A stretch of DNA of 64,000 nucleotides from Octopus sinensis (GCF_006345805.1 NC_042999.1:6014001-6078000); one strand, 5' to 3'; shown: positions 38,820 through 52,721, numbered from the stretch's first letter. Notes: generated from the sequence alone by a model not told the origin. Numbers and translations: made by a program.

Positions 38820-39207
38820 GGATGGAAGCACTCCGTCGGTTACGACGATGAGGGTTCCGGTTGATCCGAATCAACGGAACAGCCTGCTCGTGAAATTAAC
38901 GTGTAAGTGGCTGAGCACTCCACAGACACGTGTACCCTTAACGTAGTTCTCGGGTATATTCAGCGTGACACAGAGAGTGACGAGGCCGGCCCTTTGAAAT
39001 ACAGGTACAAGAGAAACAGGAAGTAAGAGTGAGAGAAAGTTGTGGTGAAAGAGTACAGCAGGGATCACCACCATCCCCTGCCGGAGCCTCGAGGAGCTTT
39101 AGGTGTTTTCGCTCAATAAACACTCACAACGCCCGGTCTGGGAATCGAAACTGCGATCCTATGACCGCGAGTCCGCTGTCCTAACCACTGGGTCATTGCG
39201 CCTCCAC
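38820..39207 (-). mobile_element. SINE family C, tail type 2, full length
   Basis: 12-bp TSD TAGTTCAATTAT at 38808-38819 and 39208-39219; near-identical to 37483-37870 but with its own TSD. Confidence 0.92.
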
Positions 39208-39314
39208 TAGTTCAATTATACTGGGCTTGTCAAGTATATGATTCTAACCCTCTCCATTTCTCACTAACTAAAATATTTGGCCTTTACACAGCCACAAAAT
39301 TATATACACACACA

Positions 39315-39470
39315 CACACGGTGGGCTTCTTTTAGTTCCCGTCTATCAAATTCACTCACAAGGCCCGAGGCTATGGTAAGAAGAAACTTGCCCAAGGTGC
39401 CACGCAATGGGACTGAACCCGGAACTGTGGTTCGAAAGTAAATTTCTTACTAAACACCCACGCCTGCGCT
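39315..39470 (-). mobile_element. SINE family B 5' half
   Basis: CCGTCTATCAAATTCACTCACAAGG...CCCAAGGTGCCACGCAATGGGACTGAACCCGGAAC. Confidence 0.8.
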
Positions 39471-39491
39471 TGTATTTAAGCTTGATACTTA

Positions 39492-39540
<49 letters not shown>

Positions 39541-39545
39541 TGTGT

Positions 39546-39584
<39 letters not shown>

Positions 39585-40279
39585 TGTGTGTGTGTGTGTG
39601 TGTGTGTGCGTGCGTGCGTGTGTGTGTATATTTACAGGATTCAAGGGAATCGGGTACTTAAATAGTAAAATCGGTGACCGTGTTATCGCGTACAAACAAT
39701 CTTGTACTCCGGTTGTGCGTACAATCACAAATGGCCGACTGAATGCACAACGAGTCATCAAGGTCACACATGGATGCACACAGTGCACCTATTGCACCAC
39801 GCTCTATAGACTCTGGATCCAAATGAATTGCAGGTTCTAAGTTAAGTATGAAAGAGAAATAGACGGTCACCCAGTTAAACAGCGCTAATCTTTAATAATA
39901 AAAGGCAAGTTTGTGTGTTTATATATAATGAAATTATTGTATACAGTGCTCAGGTGCACCACGACTTGTCAAAAGTGCGTGTAAAGCATATTCAGTAATG
40001 TACAAATGTCTGGGAAGTGAACAGTGTATGAGTCAGATACATGCTTGCGGGTGTATGGAGGGGAGAAAATCAGGTGTAGTGTTGGCGAATCTCGGGAAGC
40101 ATGGAAGTTTTGAAGGATGCAGTGCTCCGACAACTAACAACTGATGCCGGCAAAAATTGATTTTTAGTCAGCATCGATTTTTCAAACATCGTAAAATTTC
40201 GGCATTTTTCGCACTATCCATCGTGACCGCAATTTGATGAAAAACGCCGAAATTTGACGAAAACTGCTTCATGGCTATA

Positions 40280-40699
40280 TATTCCTTTATTGCCCACAAT
40301 TGGCTAAACATAGAGGGGACAAACAAGGACAGACAAAGGGATTAAGTTGATTACATTGACCCCAGTGCACAACTGGTACTTTATTTATCGACCCCGAAAG
40401 GATGAAAGCCAAAGTCGACCTCGGCGGAATTTGAACTCAGAACGTAGCGGCAGACGAAATACCTATTTCTTTACTACTCACAAGGGGCTAAACACAGAGA
40501 GGACAAACAAGGACAGACAAACCGATTAAGTCGATTAGATCGACCCCAGTGCGTAGCTGGTACTTAATTTATCGATCCCGAAAGGATGAAAGTCAAAGTG
40601 GACCTCGGCGGAATTTGAACTCAGAACGTAGCGGCAGACGAAATACGGCTACGCATTTCACCCGGCGTGCTAACGTTTCTGCCAGCTCGCCGCCTAAAA
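40280..40699 (-). mobile_element. SINE family A, tandem dimer
   Basis: 15-bp TSD TGCTTCATGGCTATA at 40265-40279 and 40700-40714. Confidence 0.93.
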
Positions 40700-41480
40700 T
40701 GCTTCATGGCTATAAACAAACAGGTTATCAACGGTAATCTCATTAGCTTTGCTAATTCTCCATTTCAATGCGAATTATTTTGATTTGCTTAAACTTATTA
40801 TTTCAATTCGTTGTTTTAATTCTCCAGCATTTCAGGTTTTGATCAGGTAGGACCATTTTATTTCTCAAGCAAAATGTAGGCATTTTGCGCACCAGCCGTC
40901 GTAACATCAATTTGACAAAATATGCCCCAAAGCGTAAAATTTCGCCATTTTACGTACATTCAGAAAAACGACGACGACACGGGTTCGCTAACAGACTCTG
41001 CCCATTTTTTTGGTCAAATTGGTCCTACCCATTAATATAGATTTTTAATTTTTGAAAAATGTTGAAATTTGACAAAAAGTGTTTCATGGCTATAAACAGA
41101 CAGGTATTTTATTAACGGTAATTTATTACCGGGTATTAACTGTAATTTATTACCGGGTACCTCGGCTAATGTGTAATAAAATAAATCCGAAGTAACAGTT
41201 TGCTTTTAATAATTTAGTATTTTGATTGTTTTATTATTAATGTTTGCAATACAACACAAGCGAAGCATTTTCGTGAAAATTGTTAAATTGGATAAGGACA
41301 TCACTTAGAGACCCGGTTTTTAAGTAAAAGATCTAGGACAAGTCTGTTTCTTTCCAAACGTTACCCAACCAATAAATGAAACACTCCTCTATTATACATC
41401 ATCATCAACCAGTGTTTTAAATCCGGGTTTTGTCCCCGTTAACGGGGGTGGCCAGATCTACCTCAATGCCATAGCAACCG

Positions 41481-41900
41481 AGGTAGGCAGGTGCAGCCCA
41501 CCCCAACCTTTTTGCTGGCTGGCTGGTGCTCACACCTCACTTCCCCTTCCACACAGACTGCCCTTATTCCAACTTCCCAACCTCACCCCCAAGCTTCTCA
41601 GGCCTTCAACCATCATAAGGCAAGCCATGCTTGTGCAATCCAAGATGAGGGTTTGCACCTTCCTTTTTGAGGTAGGCAGATGCAGCCCACCCCAACCTTT
41701 TGGCTGGCTGGTGCTCACACCTCACTTCCCCTTCCACACAGACTGCCCTTATTCCAACTTCCCAACCTCACCCCCAAGCTTCTCAGGCCTTCAGCCATCA
41801 TAAGGCAAGCCATGCTTGTGCAATCCAAGATGAGGGTTTGCACCTTCCTTTTTGAGGCAGGCAGGTGTAGCCCACCCCAACCTTTGGGGTGGCTGGTGCC
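41481..41900. repeat. Tandem repeat of ~187 bp, 2.2 copies, GC-rich
   Basis: AGG(T/C)AGGCAG starts at 41481, 41670 and 41855; near-identical units. Confidence 0.92.
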
Positions 41901-43247
41901 CATTCTCCTTTACTATCATGAGAGGCTTTTTTGGAGCTGGATTTTCCACGGGGAGCATACCCTTGCTTACCCCCAGCCTCAGTTTCTAGATATGAGTCGT
42001 CCCAAGACCAAGGCCTCTACCGCGATTTTTAAGAAATGTGGTGGAAAACTAGCTCAGAAAAGCAGGGATGCTATGCACTGAGACCTCTTTCCGAGCACCC
42101 CTACACTACAGTAATCATAAAATGCGATGGTCCAATTCATGGTACCTATTAATTGCTAGATTGATTGAACTACCGAATATACAATGTCAAGAATTAAACA
42201 GAGGTCCTTTGGAGAATTATCACATCTTATTTTATTTTAGATAATTGCCTTTAAATTATTTGATCAGGAAAAAATCTATGTAGCAAAAGCGGGTTGGTTG
42301 CAAAAAGTCAAAGGTCATCGCTAATCAATTATTTGTAAACTGTTGATCACCAATCGATCTTAATAATCTTCATCTTTGTTTTAAGCCTCACCATACTCTT
42401 CATCTTTATTTATTCATCATAGCTATTTCTGTCACAGTGTTTGTTAGCGCCCCATAAGGTTGATTGGCACATATTCAATATTATTTAGAAGTTTCCATTT
42501 CGTTTCGTTCTTAATACTGGGAACTGCTAGCGCGGTATTTAGTACTTTGTATAGAATTTTGGTTTGACACAAGGTTTTAAAGTTAAACAATCTACTACAA
42601 CATATTACAAGGGAAACCCCAAATCGGTCCCGGTTTGATTTGAAATCAAAAAATTAACAGATGAAAATACTGAGATTTATCTCTGAAAATCGGAAGTTAC
42701 ACAGCAGTCTGTGCCAGTCAAATACCGGAAGTTACAAATAGTTTGACCTTCTTAAGGTCTGTATATGTTTTAAAGTTAAAATATTGAATTACTCCAATGT
42801 TAGTAATTTGAAATTAAATTGAATAAACTCCAGTGAAATCACTGGGGAATTGGAATATCAACGTTTTGTTTTGTTGTATGTTTTTTTTTAATATTACAAC
42901 CTAAAATTTGAAATAATCTAAACCCCGTGGTAATGCAAGCTGTCTATGACGGTGCAGTAATGGAATATCCAAGAAGAATCATGGGATAAAATAATGCAGA
43001 CGATAAACATAACGCGACAGAATGAAGAAGACGAGTAAAAAACATAATATTTCTGGTGAGGAATGGAGAAACAGAAAAGAATTGTAAAAGGTCATGAGGG
43101 AAGAAAATAGGTTGATAATGGTTTTACATCATTTACTGCTTGTCATGGATTTGAAGGAATGACATCTATGTAGCAGACGATTAGATATAAAATTATATTT
43201 TAACAATTTTATCAAACTCTACACGATAACGTCCATAGTTGGTTAAT

Positions 43248-43672
43248 GCCTATTTCTTTATTACCTACAAGGGGCTAAACACAGAGAGGACAAACAAGGA
43301 CAGACAAATGGATTAAGTCGATTATATAGACCCCAGTGCGTAACTGGTACTTATTTAATCGACCCCGAAAGGATGAAAGGCAAAGTCGACCTCGGCGGAA
43401 TTTGAACTCAGAACGTAGCGGCAGACGAAATACCTATTTCTTTACTACCCACAAGGGGCTAAACACAGAGAGGACAAACAAGGACAGACAAACCGATTAA
43501 GTTGATTATATCGACCCCAGTGCGTAACTGGTACTTAATTTATCGACCCCGAAAGGATGAAAGGCAAAGTCGACCTCGGCGGAATTTGAACTCAGAACGT
43601 AACGGCAGACGAAATACGGCTACGCATTTCGCCCGGCGTGCCAACGTTTCTGCCAGCTCACCGCCTTCCTAC
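43248..43672 (-). mobile_element. SINE family A, tandem dimer
   Basis: 9-bp TSD TTGGTTAAT at 43239-43247 and 43673-43681. Confidence 0.92.
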
Positions 43673-43779
43673 TTGGTTAATACCGCGTTATGTTAAAATA
43701 ATCATTTTACACTAAATTCACTCGGTTCATATCAAGGCTTGCTTCCTCCTTTCTTTCCTTCTCTGTGTCTCATCCTATC

Positions 43780-43900
43780 TTTTATCTTTTCCTTGTTTCA
43801 GCCATTAGACTGCGGCCGTGCTGGAGCACCGCCTTGAAGGGTTTAGTGGGACAAATCGACCCTTACTCCGCACCTTTTTTAAAGTCTGGTACTGATTTTA
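43780..43900 (-). mobile_element. SINE family B 3' fragment
   Basis: TTGTTTCAGCCATTAGACTGCGGCCGTGCTGGAGCACCGCC. Confidence 0.75.
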
Positions 43901-43912
43901 TTCATAACTTTT

Positions 43913-43983
<71 letters not shown>

Positions 43984-44098
43984 TATATATATATTATATA
44001 TTTATATATATATATATAATATATATATACATTTATATGTATCAGAAATATTAAATTTCTAAATCTCTCATAGAGATATGTACGGTGGTGGGGCGATA

Positions 44099-44276
44099 GA
44101 ATGGTTGTATACTGTCAATTAACGTGACAGTAGGGGATTACACGACCGCTGTTTAGCGCTAGGAAGCATCGGCGCTTCCGTGTCGAAGCCATCAGGAAGC
44201 GTCGATGCTTCCTTGGGCTAAACAGCGGTGGTGTAATCCCCTACTGTCACGTTAAATTGACAGTATACAACCATTC
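44099..44276. repeat. Foldback element (~81-bp arms, 15-nt loop) adjoining (TA)n
   Basis: GAATGGTTGTATACTGTCAATT...GCGCTTCC and GGAAGCG...AATTGACAGTATACAACCATTC. Confidence 0.92.
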
Positions 44277-44277
44277 C

Positions 44278-44308
<31 letters not shown>

Positions 44309-44316
44309 ATATATAT

Positions 44317-44501
<185 letters not shown>

Positions 44502-45493
44502 AAAAAGGAGATGTGGAACACGAGTTGTGATATATAAAAAAGGAAATGAAGAAAATGCTGACAAAATAATTTAAGTAAGGGAGAGTGTATTTAATTATGT
44601 GAAAGTTCTTTTTACCGGTTGCGCATTTGTTATGTTTATCAAAAGATATTTTGAGTTCCTTTCTGATTGATTTTTTTCTCTTATCTGACTTTATGTTGGG
44701 TTTGCTGTCTCTTATATGTGAAAAAAGAGGCTCCAGAGTTGTTTAAGATTTGCTTGGTTTCGCGCCTAAAATTTCTTGTGGACAATGGTCAATACAATTT
44801 TGATTGGTCATTATGAAGGGGTCACGTGAATGTTTGAATGGAAGTTGGTGTTGGGGTAAGAAAATAGGCTCCAGAGATGTTAAAATTTGGCTAGTATCGC
44901 GCCTAAAATTTCTTATTGGTCATAATAAAGAGGTCACGTGAATGTGGTCATAATAGAGAGGTCACGTGAATGTTTAGAATGAATGTTGCTGTGGGTGGTG
45001 TATGGAGTTTTCGAAAATAGCGTTGTTGAAAATTCTTATTGTTCAGGCTGGTCAGTAGACGTCATGTGGATATTTTTTATAGCCTTTTAGCGCGTAGTTA
45101 AGGAGTGTATTTTCCGCTTGGTTGAATTTGAGCTGGATAAGTAAGTTCGTTTAGGACAGGAAGAGCTATATGCATGTATGTGTGCGCGCGCGCGTGTGTG
45201 TGTGTGTTTATATGTATGTTGGGGCGCGCGCGCGTGTATATATGTGTGCGTGTGTGGGTACAATTTTCAATATTTATAGTTCTGCTGGCCTTGTGCCTGT
45301 ATCGGGAAGCAACGTGTTTGTGTGAAGTCAATATTTACAGTCATTTCCAAAAAATAGTGTTGGATGTTTTGCACCCGTATCAAATTATGTGTATGTGCGG
45401 AACCATATATTTGCGTGTGTCATGGTGTTAACATCTGGGTAAAAGTATGTGTAGGGTGTGTGCAGGTGTAAGTGTGTTTGTTGTGGGTTCGTG

Positions 45494-46248
45494 TTAGGGG
45501 GATGTGTTTAGAAGTGGTCTGTATTTATTAATAAGGTGGGATTCCATGGTTATTCGCTGGGTATGAGTGGCATTGTCTTTAAATTTGTAGAGGGGAAAGA
45601 TTCTAAAATTGGGATGAAGTTGTGCGGCACAGGTATCAATATGTGCACTAAATGCTATTTTTCTGTATTCCTGTATTTTTATTTGGGATCTGTGGACAGT
45701 CATGCGTTGGCGGAGGCTATTTTTAGTTTGGCCTATGTAGTGTTCATTACAACCCGAGCAAGTTAAGACATATACTAGGTTTTCTGATGCGCATGTGAAG
45801 TTGTGTTTTACTGTGAAACGTTGTCCTTGTTTAAAAAGGAATTCCGGACCTTCTATTAGGTTGATGCATATACTACAGTTGGGTCTATTGCATTTGTTTA
45901 CTGTGGGTTTAGTTGTTGTGGTTGGCAGTACTTTGGCATTTGTTAGGATGATTTTCAATGATTTGGGTTGCCTTTTGCTCTTTATGATTTCGTGTGTTAG
46001 GAGGATTTGGTTCATTCTATGGTCCTTTTTTAATACAGGAATGTTCTGGAGGATGGTGTCAAAAGCTTCATTGTTGAGGGGGTTGTGTGTAGAGATGTAT
46101 GGTAGAGTATGGAGTTTCGATGTAACAGGTTTAGGGCGTCTAAGTTCCTGTGTGCTGAGTTTTAGGGCGCATTGGATCCCATTGTCAATTAGTGACGTGG
46201 GGCAATCCCTGCTTGTTAATGTGTCCTTAAGTTCTTGTAGATGTAAGA
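45494..46248 (-). CDS. C-terminal part of a PLE ORF: RT-EN linker and GIY-YIG endonuclease (5'-truncated, no intact start)
   Basis: Frame open from ~46248 (LLHLQELKDTL...TLPYISTHNP) through CNRPNCSIC, FTCASENLVYVLTCSGCNEHYIGQT...LRQRMTVHRSQI and RITMESHLINKYRPLLN to the stop at 45494; the Cys-rich linker resembles Neptune-type PLEs. Confidence 0.88.
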
Positions 46249-46249
46249 G

Positions 46250-46552
46250 ACATGCGCATCAGAAAACCTAGTATATGTCTTAACTTGCTCGGGCTGTAAC
46301 GAACACTACATAGGCCAAACTAAAAATAGCCTCCGCCAACGCATGACTGTCCACAGATCCCAAATAAAAATACAGGAATACAGAAAAATAGCACTTAGTG
46401 CACATATTGATACCTGTGCCGCACAACTTCATCCCAATTTTAGAATCTTTCCCCTCTACAAATTTAAAGACAATGCCACTCATACCCAGCGAATAACCAT
46501 GGAATCCCACCTTATTAATAAATACAGACCACTTCTAAACACATCCCCCTAA
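46250..46552 (+). pseudogene. Inverted partial copy of the GIY-YIG coding region
   Basis: Encodes the same C-terminus (MTVHRSQIKIQEYRKIALSAH...LLNTSP*). Confidence 0.88.
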
Positions 46553-47510
46553 CACGAACCCACAACAAACACACTTACACCTGCACACACCCTACACACA
46601 CTTTTACCCAGATATTAACACCATGACACACGCAAATATATGGTTCCGCACATACACATAATTTGATACGGGTGCAAAACATCCAACACTATTTTTTGGA
46701 AATGACTGTAAATATTGACTTCACACAAACACGTTGCTTCCCGATACAGGCACAAGGCCAGCAGAACTATAAATATTGAAAATTGTACCCACACACGCAC
46801 ACATATATACACGCGCGCGCGCCCCAACATACATATAAACACACACGCGCGCGCGCGCACACATACATACATATAGCTCTTCCTGTCCTAAACGAATTTA
46901 CTTATCCAGCTCAAATTCAGTCAAGCGGAAAATACACTCCTTAACTACGCGCTAAAAAGCTATAAAAAATATCCACATGACGTCTACTGACCAGCCTGAA
47001 CAATAAGAATTTTCAACGACGCTATTTTCGAAAGCTCCATACACCACCCACAGCAACATTCATTCTAAACATTCACGTGACCTCTCTATTATGACCACAT
47101 TCACGTGACCTCTTTATTATGACCAATAAGAAATTTTAGGCGCGATACTAGCCAAATTTTAACATCTCTGGAGCCTATTTTCTTACCCCAACACCAACTT
47201 CCATTCAAACATTCACGTGACCCCTTCATAATGACCAATCAAAATTGTATTGACCATTGTCCACAAGAAATTTTAGGCGCGAAACCAAGCAAATCTTAAA
47301 CAACTCTGGAGCCTCTTTTTTCACATATAAGAGACAGCAAACCCAACATAATGTCAGATAAGAGAAAAAAATCAATCAGAAAGGAACACAAAATATCTTT
47401 TGATAAGCAAACAAATGCGCAACCGGTAAAAAGAACTTTCACCTAATTAAATACACTCTCCCTTACTTAAATTATTTTGTCAGCATTTTCTTCATTTCCT
47501 TTATATATAT

Positions 47511-47570
<60 letters not shown>

Positions 47571-47609
47571 TACATACAGACATACATCATACATGCATAC
47601 ACAGGACGG

Positions 47610-47705
47610 ACATCTTTCGGTTTCCGTCTACCAAATCCACTCACAAGGATTTGGTCGGCCCGAGGCTATATAGGAGAAGACACTTTCCCAAGGTGCCACA
47701 CAGTG
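47610..47705 (-). mobile_element. SINE family B internal fragment
   Basis: GTTTCCGTCTACCAAATCCACTCACAAGG...CCCAAGGTGCCAC. Confidence 0.82.
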
Positions 47706-47732
47706 GCAAGCGCCCTCTACTATACCTCAGAC

Positions 47733-47970
47733 CAGTGATTCCCAAAGTGGGCGGTATTGCCCCTCCCTGTGGGCGGTGAAAAGTTCCAAAGGGGCGTTGA
47801 AGAAAAGTGCTTGGCAATGGGGTAGCGATTCATGTAAAAACAAACAAAATAATGGGTTTACAGTTGCTTTGAAAGAGGTCTATGTTTATGATGATTAATT
47901 GGGTGGGGTCACCAGGAATGCGGCCTAAGTGTCAAGGGGGCGGCAGCCCGAAAATGCTTGGAAACCACTG
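47733..47970. mobile_element. hAT-like (Charlie-type) MITE
   Basis: TIRs CAGTGATTCCCAA and TTGGAAACCACTG; no clean 8-bp TSD. Confidence 0.65.
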
Positions 47971-48019
47971 TTCTAGCCCAACCAATGGTCGTCGTATGTA
48001 TATATGTATATATATATAT

Positions 48020-48245
48020 ATATGTATATGAATGTGTCCGTTTGCTCCCCCCCTACATTGCTTAGTAAACAGTGTTGGTTTGTTTACGTTTCCTTAAGTT
48101 ACTGGTTCGGTAAAAGGCTCCGACAGAATAAGCAGGACATCTGAAAATGAGTCCCGGGGTCGATCTGTTCGACTAAAATCCTTCCAATGCGGTGCTGCTC
48201 CAGCTTGACCGCACTCCAATGATTCAAACACATAAACGATAAAAG
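48020..48245 (+). mobile_element. SINE family B 3' half, diverged
   Basis: GTCCCGGGGTCGATCTGTTCGACTAAA...GCGGTGCTGCTCCAGC. Confidence 0.7.
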
Positions 48246-48280
48246 ATGATTTAATATTAAATATATTCACGAAATATATA

Positions 48281-48534
48281 CAGCAATCCCTCAATTATCG
48301 CGGGTGTTACGTTCTCAAAAAAAAACCCCGCAATAGGTGAAAATCTGCGAAGTAGAAACAGTACTGTATATTTTCTTTTTACTTTTATAATTCGTTTATA
48401 TTTATTTTATCATAACACCACCTCAGAGGAATCGATGTAAGCTTAAATAATAGAGCGCGATATGTGAACCGCGATAGGTGTACCGCGATAGGTGTGCCGC
48501 GATAGGTGAACCGTGATTTGGTGAGGGATTACTG
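48281..48534. mobile_element. Tigger/pogo-like MITE
   Basis: TA|CAGCAATCCCTCA...TGAGGGATTACTG|TA (13-bp TIR); internal 14-bp repeats CGCGATAGGTG. Confidence 0.82.
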
Positions 48535-48616
48535 TATTTCTGTGTTTTATATAACTCTATGAAATGAACACTATTTTCTGTAATTTTATCATTTATCACG
48601 TTCATCGTACAGTGTA

Positions 48617-49954
48617 CACGAGGTGCGTTCAAATAACACCCGACTTTATTTTTCCCGCCAAAATTAATGCTGCGTAGGCAAAATCCTTTGGGTGATAGTT
48701 CACGCCATCTTTCCTCCGCATGCGTGAAAATTTTCGCGCCGATAGGCCGCGTCAGTTCTCGGCTGTTACGCCTAAAGTACAGACGTGTTATGCGCCCTCG
48801 TCGTATTTTCGTTTTCATGTAAGCTGATCGAAGACACCGAACAGTGATATTGCATCAAGTTTTAACAGAAGCTTGGTGATACTCATGCTCAAGCTATCCA
48901 GAAGATTCAGCCGGCCTTTAGTAATGATGCCAGGAAACTCAGATTAAGGAGGATTACAATCACTTCAAACATGACCGCACCTCGGTGAAAAGCTAGGCAC
49001 GCTCGAGCAGCCTATCAACAATCCGAAACGAAGAACGGATTGAGAAGGTTCGGGGGACAGTCATGGACGACCATCGTATAACAATCTAGGAAATTACTCA
49101 CGTAGAGGGTATAAGCACATTCCATTTTAACGAAGGATTTTCTTTTTTTAGTTTCAGCTCAGAGCTGCGGCCATGCTGATGCACCTCCGTTTTGTGCAAC
49201 ACTAAGAGTCTCCTCTAATATGTGGCACTTGGCGAAGAATAGAGTTTGATATAGCTACCCTCATTTGCACCTCTTGCCGTGAGGTAGGTTCATCTGGGAC
49301 TCTCGACAGGAAGAGGTCCAGCTTTGATTTTAAAACCGCTACATCTACTTTGTGCAAGTTCCTCAGACTCTTTGGGAGAATATTAAAAAGCTGTAGGCCC
49401 TTGAAACCCAGGCTGTTGCAGTAGCTGGTCCTGAAGCGTGATGGCATTGCTGGGATCTTTGGCACTATGCAGTGTCGTCCCGTTCTAGCATTGGTGTAGC
49501 TTACAATGCAAAAATTTGGCACAATTCCTTCCAGGATCTTCCAGATGCGGAGAGTGTCGTCGAAAAAATAAAGTCGGACACTTTTCCAAAGCACTTCGTA
49601 ATCCAAGCTTTCCTGGTCAAGACCAACACACCTCTTGTTCGACAGGCTGCCCTCCCGACTTGTTCCCTGCCCTCCTGACTTGGCACTGCATGACTTCTGG
49701 TTTTTCCCCAAATTGATAATCACGCTACAAGCGAAGCGATTTCAATCATGAGAGGAAATTATGAGAAAAGTGACTGCGGAGCTCCATAGTATTCCGGAGA
49801 AAGCATTTCAGAGATGTTACCAGCAGTGGCAGAACCGCTGGTTCTGTGTGGCTCCCGAGGTTAGTATTTTGCGGAGGATTACATAAAATTTTTTAGAATG
49901 TACAAAATTGTTATTTTTATATCCAAAGGTCAGATAGGTTTTGAACACACCTCG
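48617..49954 (+). mobile_element. Decayed mariner transposon interrupted by a SINE fragment and a LINE fragment
   Basis: TIRs CGAGGTGCGTTCAAA and TTTGAACACACCTCG; N-terminal EQ*YCIKF*QKLGDT...RITI*EIT; C-terminal IQAFLVKTNTPLVRQ..SPDLALHDFWFFPKL and KAFQRCYQQWQNRW. Confidence 0.85.
49200..49555 (-). mobile_element. CR1/L2-like LINE ORF2 C-terminal fragment
   Basis: IWKILEGIVPNF...RTGRHC.VPKIP...NSLGFKGLQLFNILPKSLRNL...KSKLDLFLSRVPDEP. Confidence 0.8.
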
Positions 49955-50452
49955 GAGATAGGGAGAAAGAGGGAAATAGAGAGAGGGAGAGAGATATGGG
50001 TAGAATAATGTAGAACGCCTACTTACCCATAATATGAATGAATATTCGCAGAATATTTCAGTCAAAGCCTCAGTAAAATGTAAGCTAAACAGACGAGACA
50101 TAACGATTACAATCGGAGAAAAGAAAAACATAGTGTGTGATAATTGGTTGTCCAGCAGACGTTAACATAATGTTGAAGATGAAAGAAAAATAAGATTTCT
50201 GTTGCCGAACTAATGAGGAATCGGTGAATACTCTACTCCGTTTGTGATGAGTGTAGATGTATATTTGTAATTAGTGGAACGTTGGGATATACGTAACTGT
50301 ATCAGCATCAATTTTGAAATGCTTTGTAAAACCAGAAAGGACACGGCTAATTAAGATAATACAATTACGGACCATTATTAGAATTGTGGGAATAAGTAAA
50401 ATATTCAATATTACATACTTTTACATACCTTTAGACACAAACAACAAACATA

Positions 50453-50518
<66 letters not shown>

Positions 50519-50676
50519 TCTGTGTGTGTGTGTGTGTGTGTACATACACACAATGATAGTTGCTTAGTTCACGTGAAAATTTCAATGAAACACCTTGTTT
50601 CTTTAGAAAACGTTTTGGGCAGATAAACTGGAAAAGAGAACTCAAAACGTGAGTAAATGTGTGTGTGTGTGCGCGT

Positions 50677-50763
<87 letters not shown>

Positions 50764-51246
50764 CATGTATATGTGTATATATATATCTCGGCAGATGAAA
50801 TTTCGTTAACGTTGTCGGATAGGGCTGCTGTATCACGTGATTTCAGCGTACCCTACCATCGAATGCCAGATCGAAATTCTGTCTGAAATGACACGACGGG
50901 GGAAAAAGAAAAAGCTGTGGAGTATTACATTTCCTATGTGACCGGCTGCAACTGATGGGGAACACAAAACATCATGAGCTAATACACGTAAACAGGAAGT
51001 AGTAAGAGAGAGAAACAGGTGACGCTCAGCTTGCTTGTAATTTGGCCAGCATCTTTATCTGTCTCACATGCCTCTCTCTCTTTCTCTCTCCCTCTCGCAC
51101 ATACACACATACACAAAAACACTTCTAACCGCCATGTTTTTCTCGCCTTTATTCTCTCTTATTTATTTCCCATCATATATCTCTTTCTCTCCCTATTTCT
51201 CTTGTCTCTTTACTTACATTCTTAAATAATTCTGTCTCTCGCTATA

Positions 51247-51644
51247 TCTTTATATTTAAAAGAGAAGTTGTGTGTCTGTCTCCTACGATTTAGATTCCTA
51301 ACTACTCCCACATTTTACGGTGCAGTTTAACCAAAACCGAGTATCTTATAATCGTGATTCATATCGAGCCCTTCTGGGTATTAGCGCGCGTCTACGATGA
51401 GTCTACGATTTTTAAAAAAAATTACCATCATTTTTTTCCATTTTAATGCATTTTTTCGCTATTATATAAGGGAAGTAACTCTCTAAAAATGTTTACGATG
51501 AGTCAACGATTTTTTTAAAAAATTACCATAATTTTTTTTCCATTTTTAATGCATTTTTTTGCTATTTTTTGGCTATAACTCTCTAAAAATGCTTATATAG
51601 TTATTTCCCTTACAAACCCGAGCAACACCGGGCGATACTGCTAG
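51247..51644 (+). mobile_element. Non-autonomous Helitron-like element
   Basis: A|TCTTTATA...CCCGAGCAACACCGGG-8 nt-CTAG|T; homologous to 16747-17139, with an internal duplication. Confidence 0.87.
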
Positions 51645-51684
51645 TATTATATAAAATATATACTTCTGAAATATTCGTTTCAAA

Positions 51685-51890
51685 TTTTGGCACAAGGCCA
51701 GCAATTTCGTGGGAGGAGATTAAGTCGATTACATGGACCCCAGTATTCAACTGGTACTTAATTTATCGACCCAGTAAGGATGAAAGGCAAAGTCGACATC
51801 GGCGGAATTTGAACTCAGCCCCTAAAGACGGATGAAATGCCACTAAGCATTTCGTCCGGCATGCGAACGATTCTTCCAGTTCACCGCCTT
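51685..51890 (-). mobile_element. SINE family A2
   Basis: GGCACAAGGCCAGCAATTTCG tail; head ends TTCACCGCCTT on the plus strand. Confidence 0.82.
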
Positions 51891-51940
51891 ATATAGTTTT
51901 AAAATATTGTGACGAATTATGTAGGGGAGGCTGCAAATGG

Positions 51941-52721
<781 letters not shown>

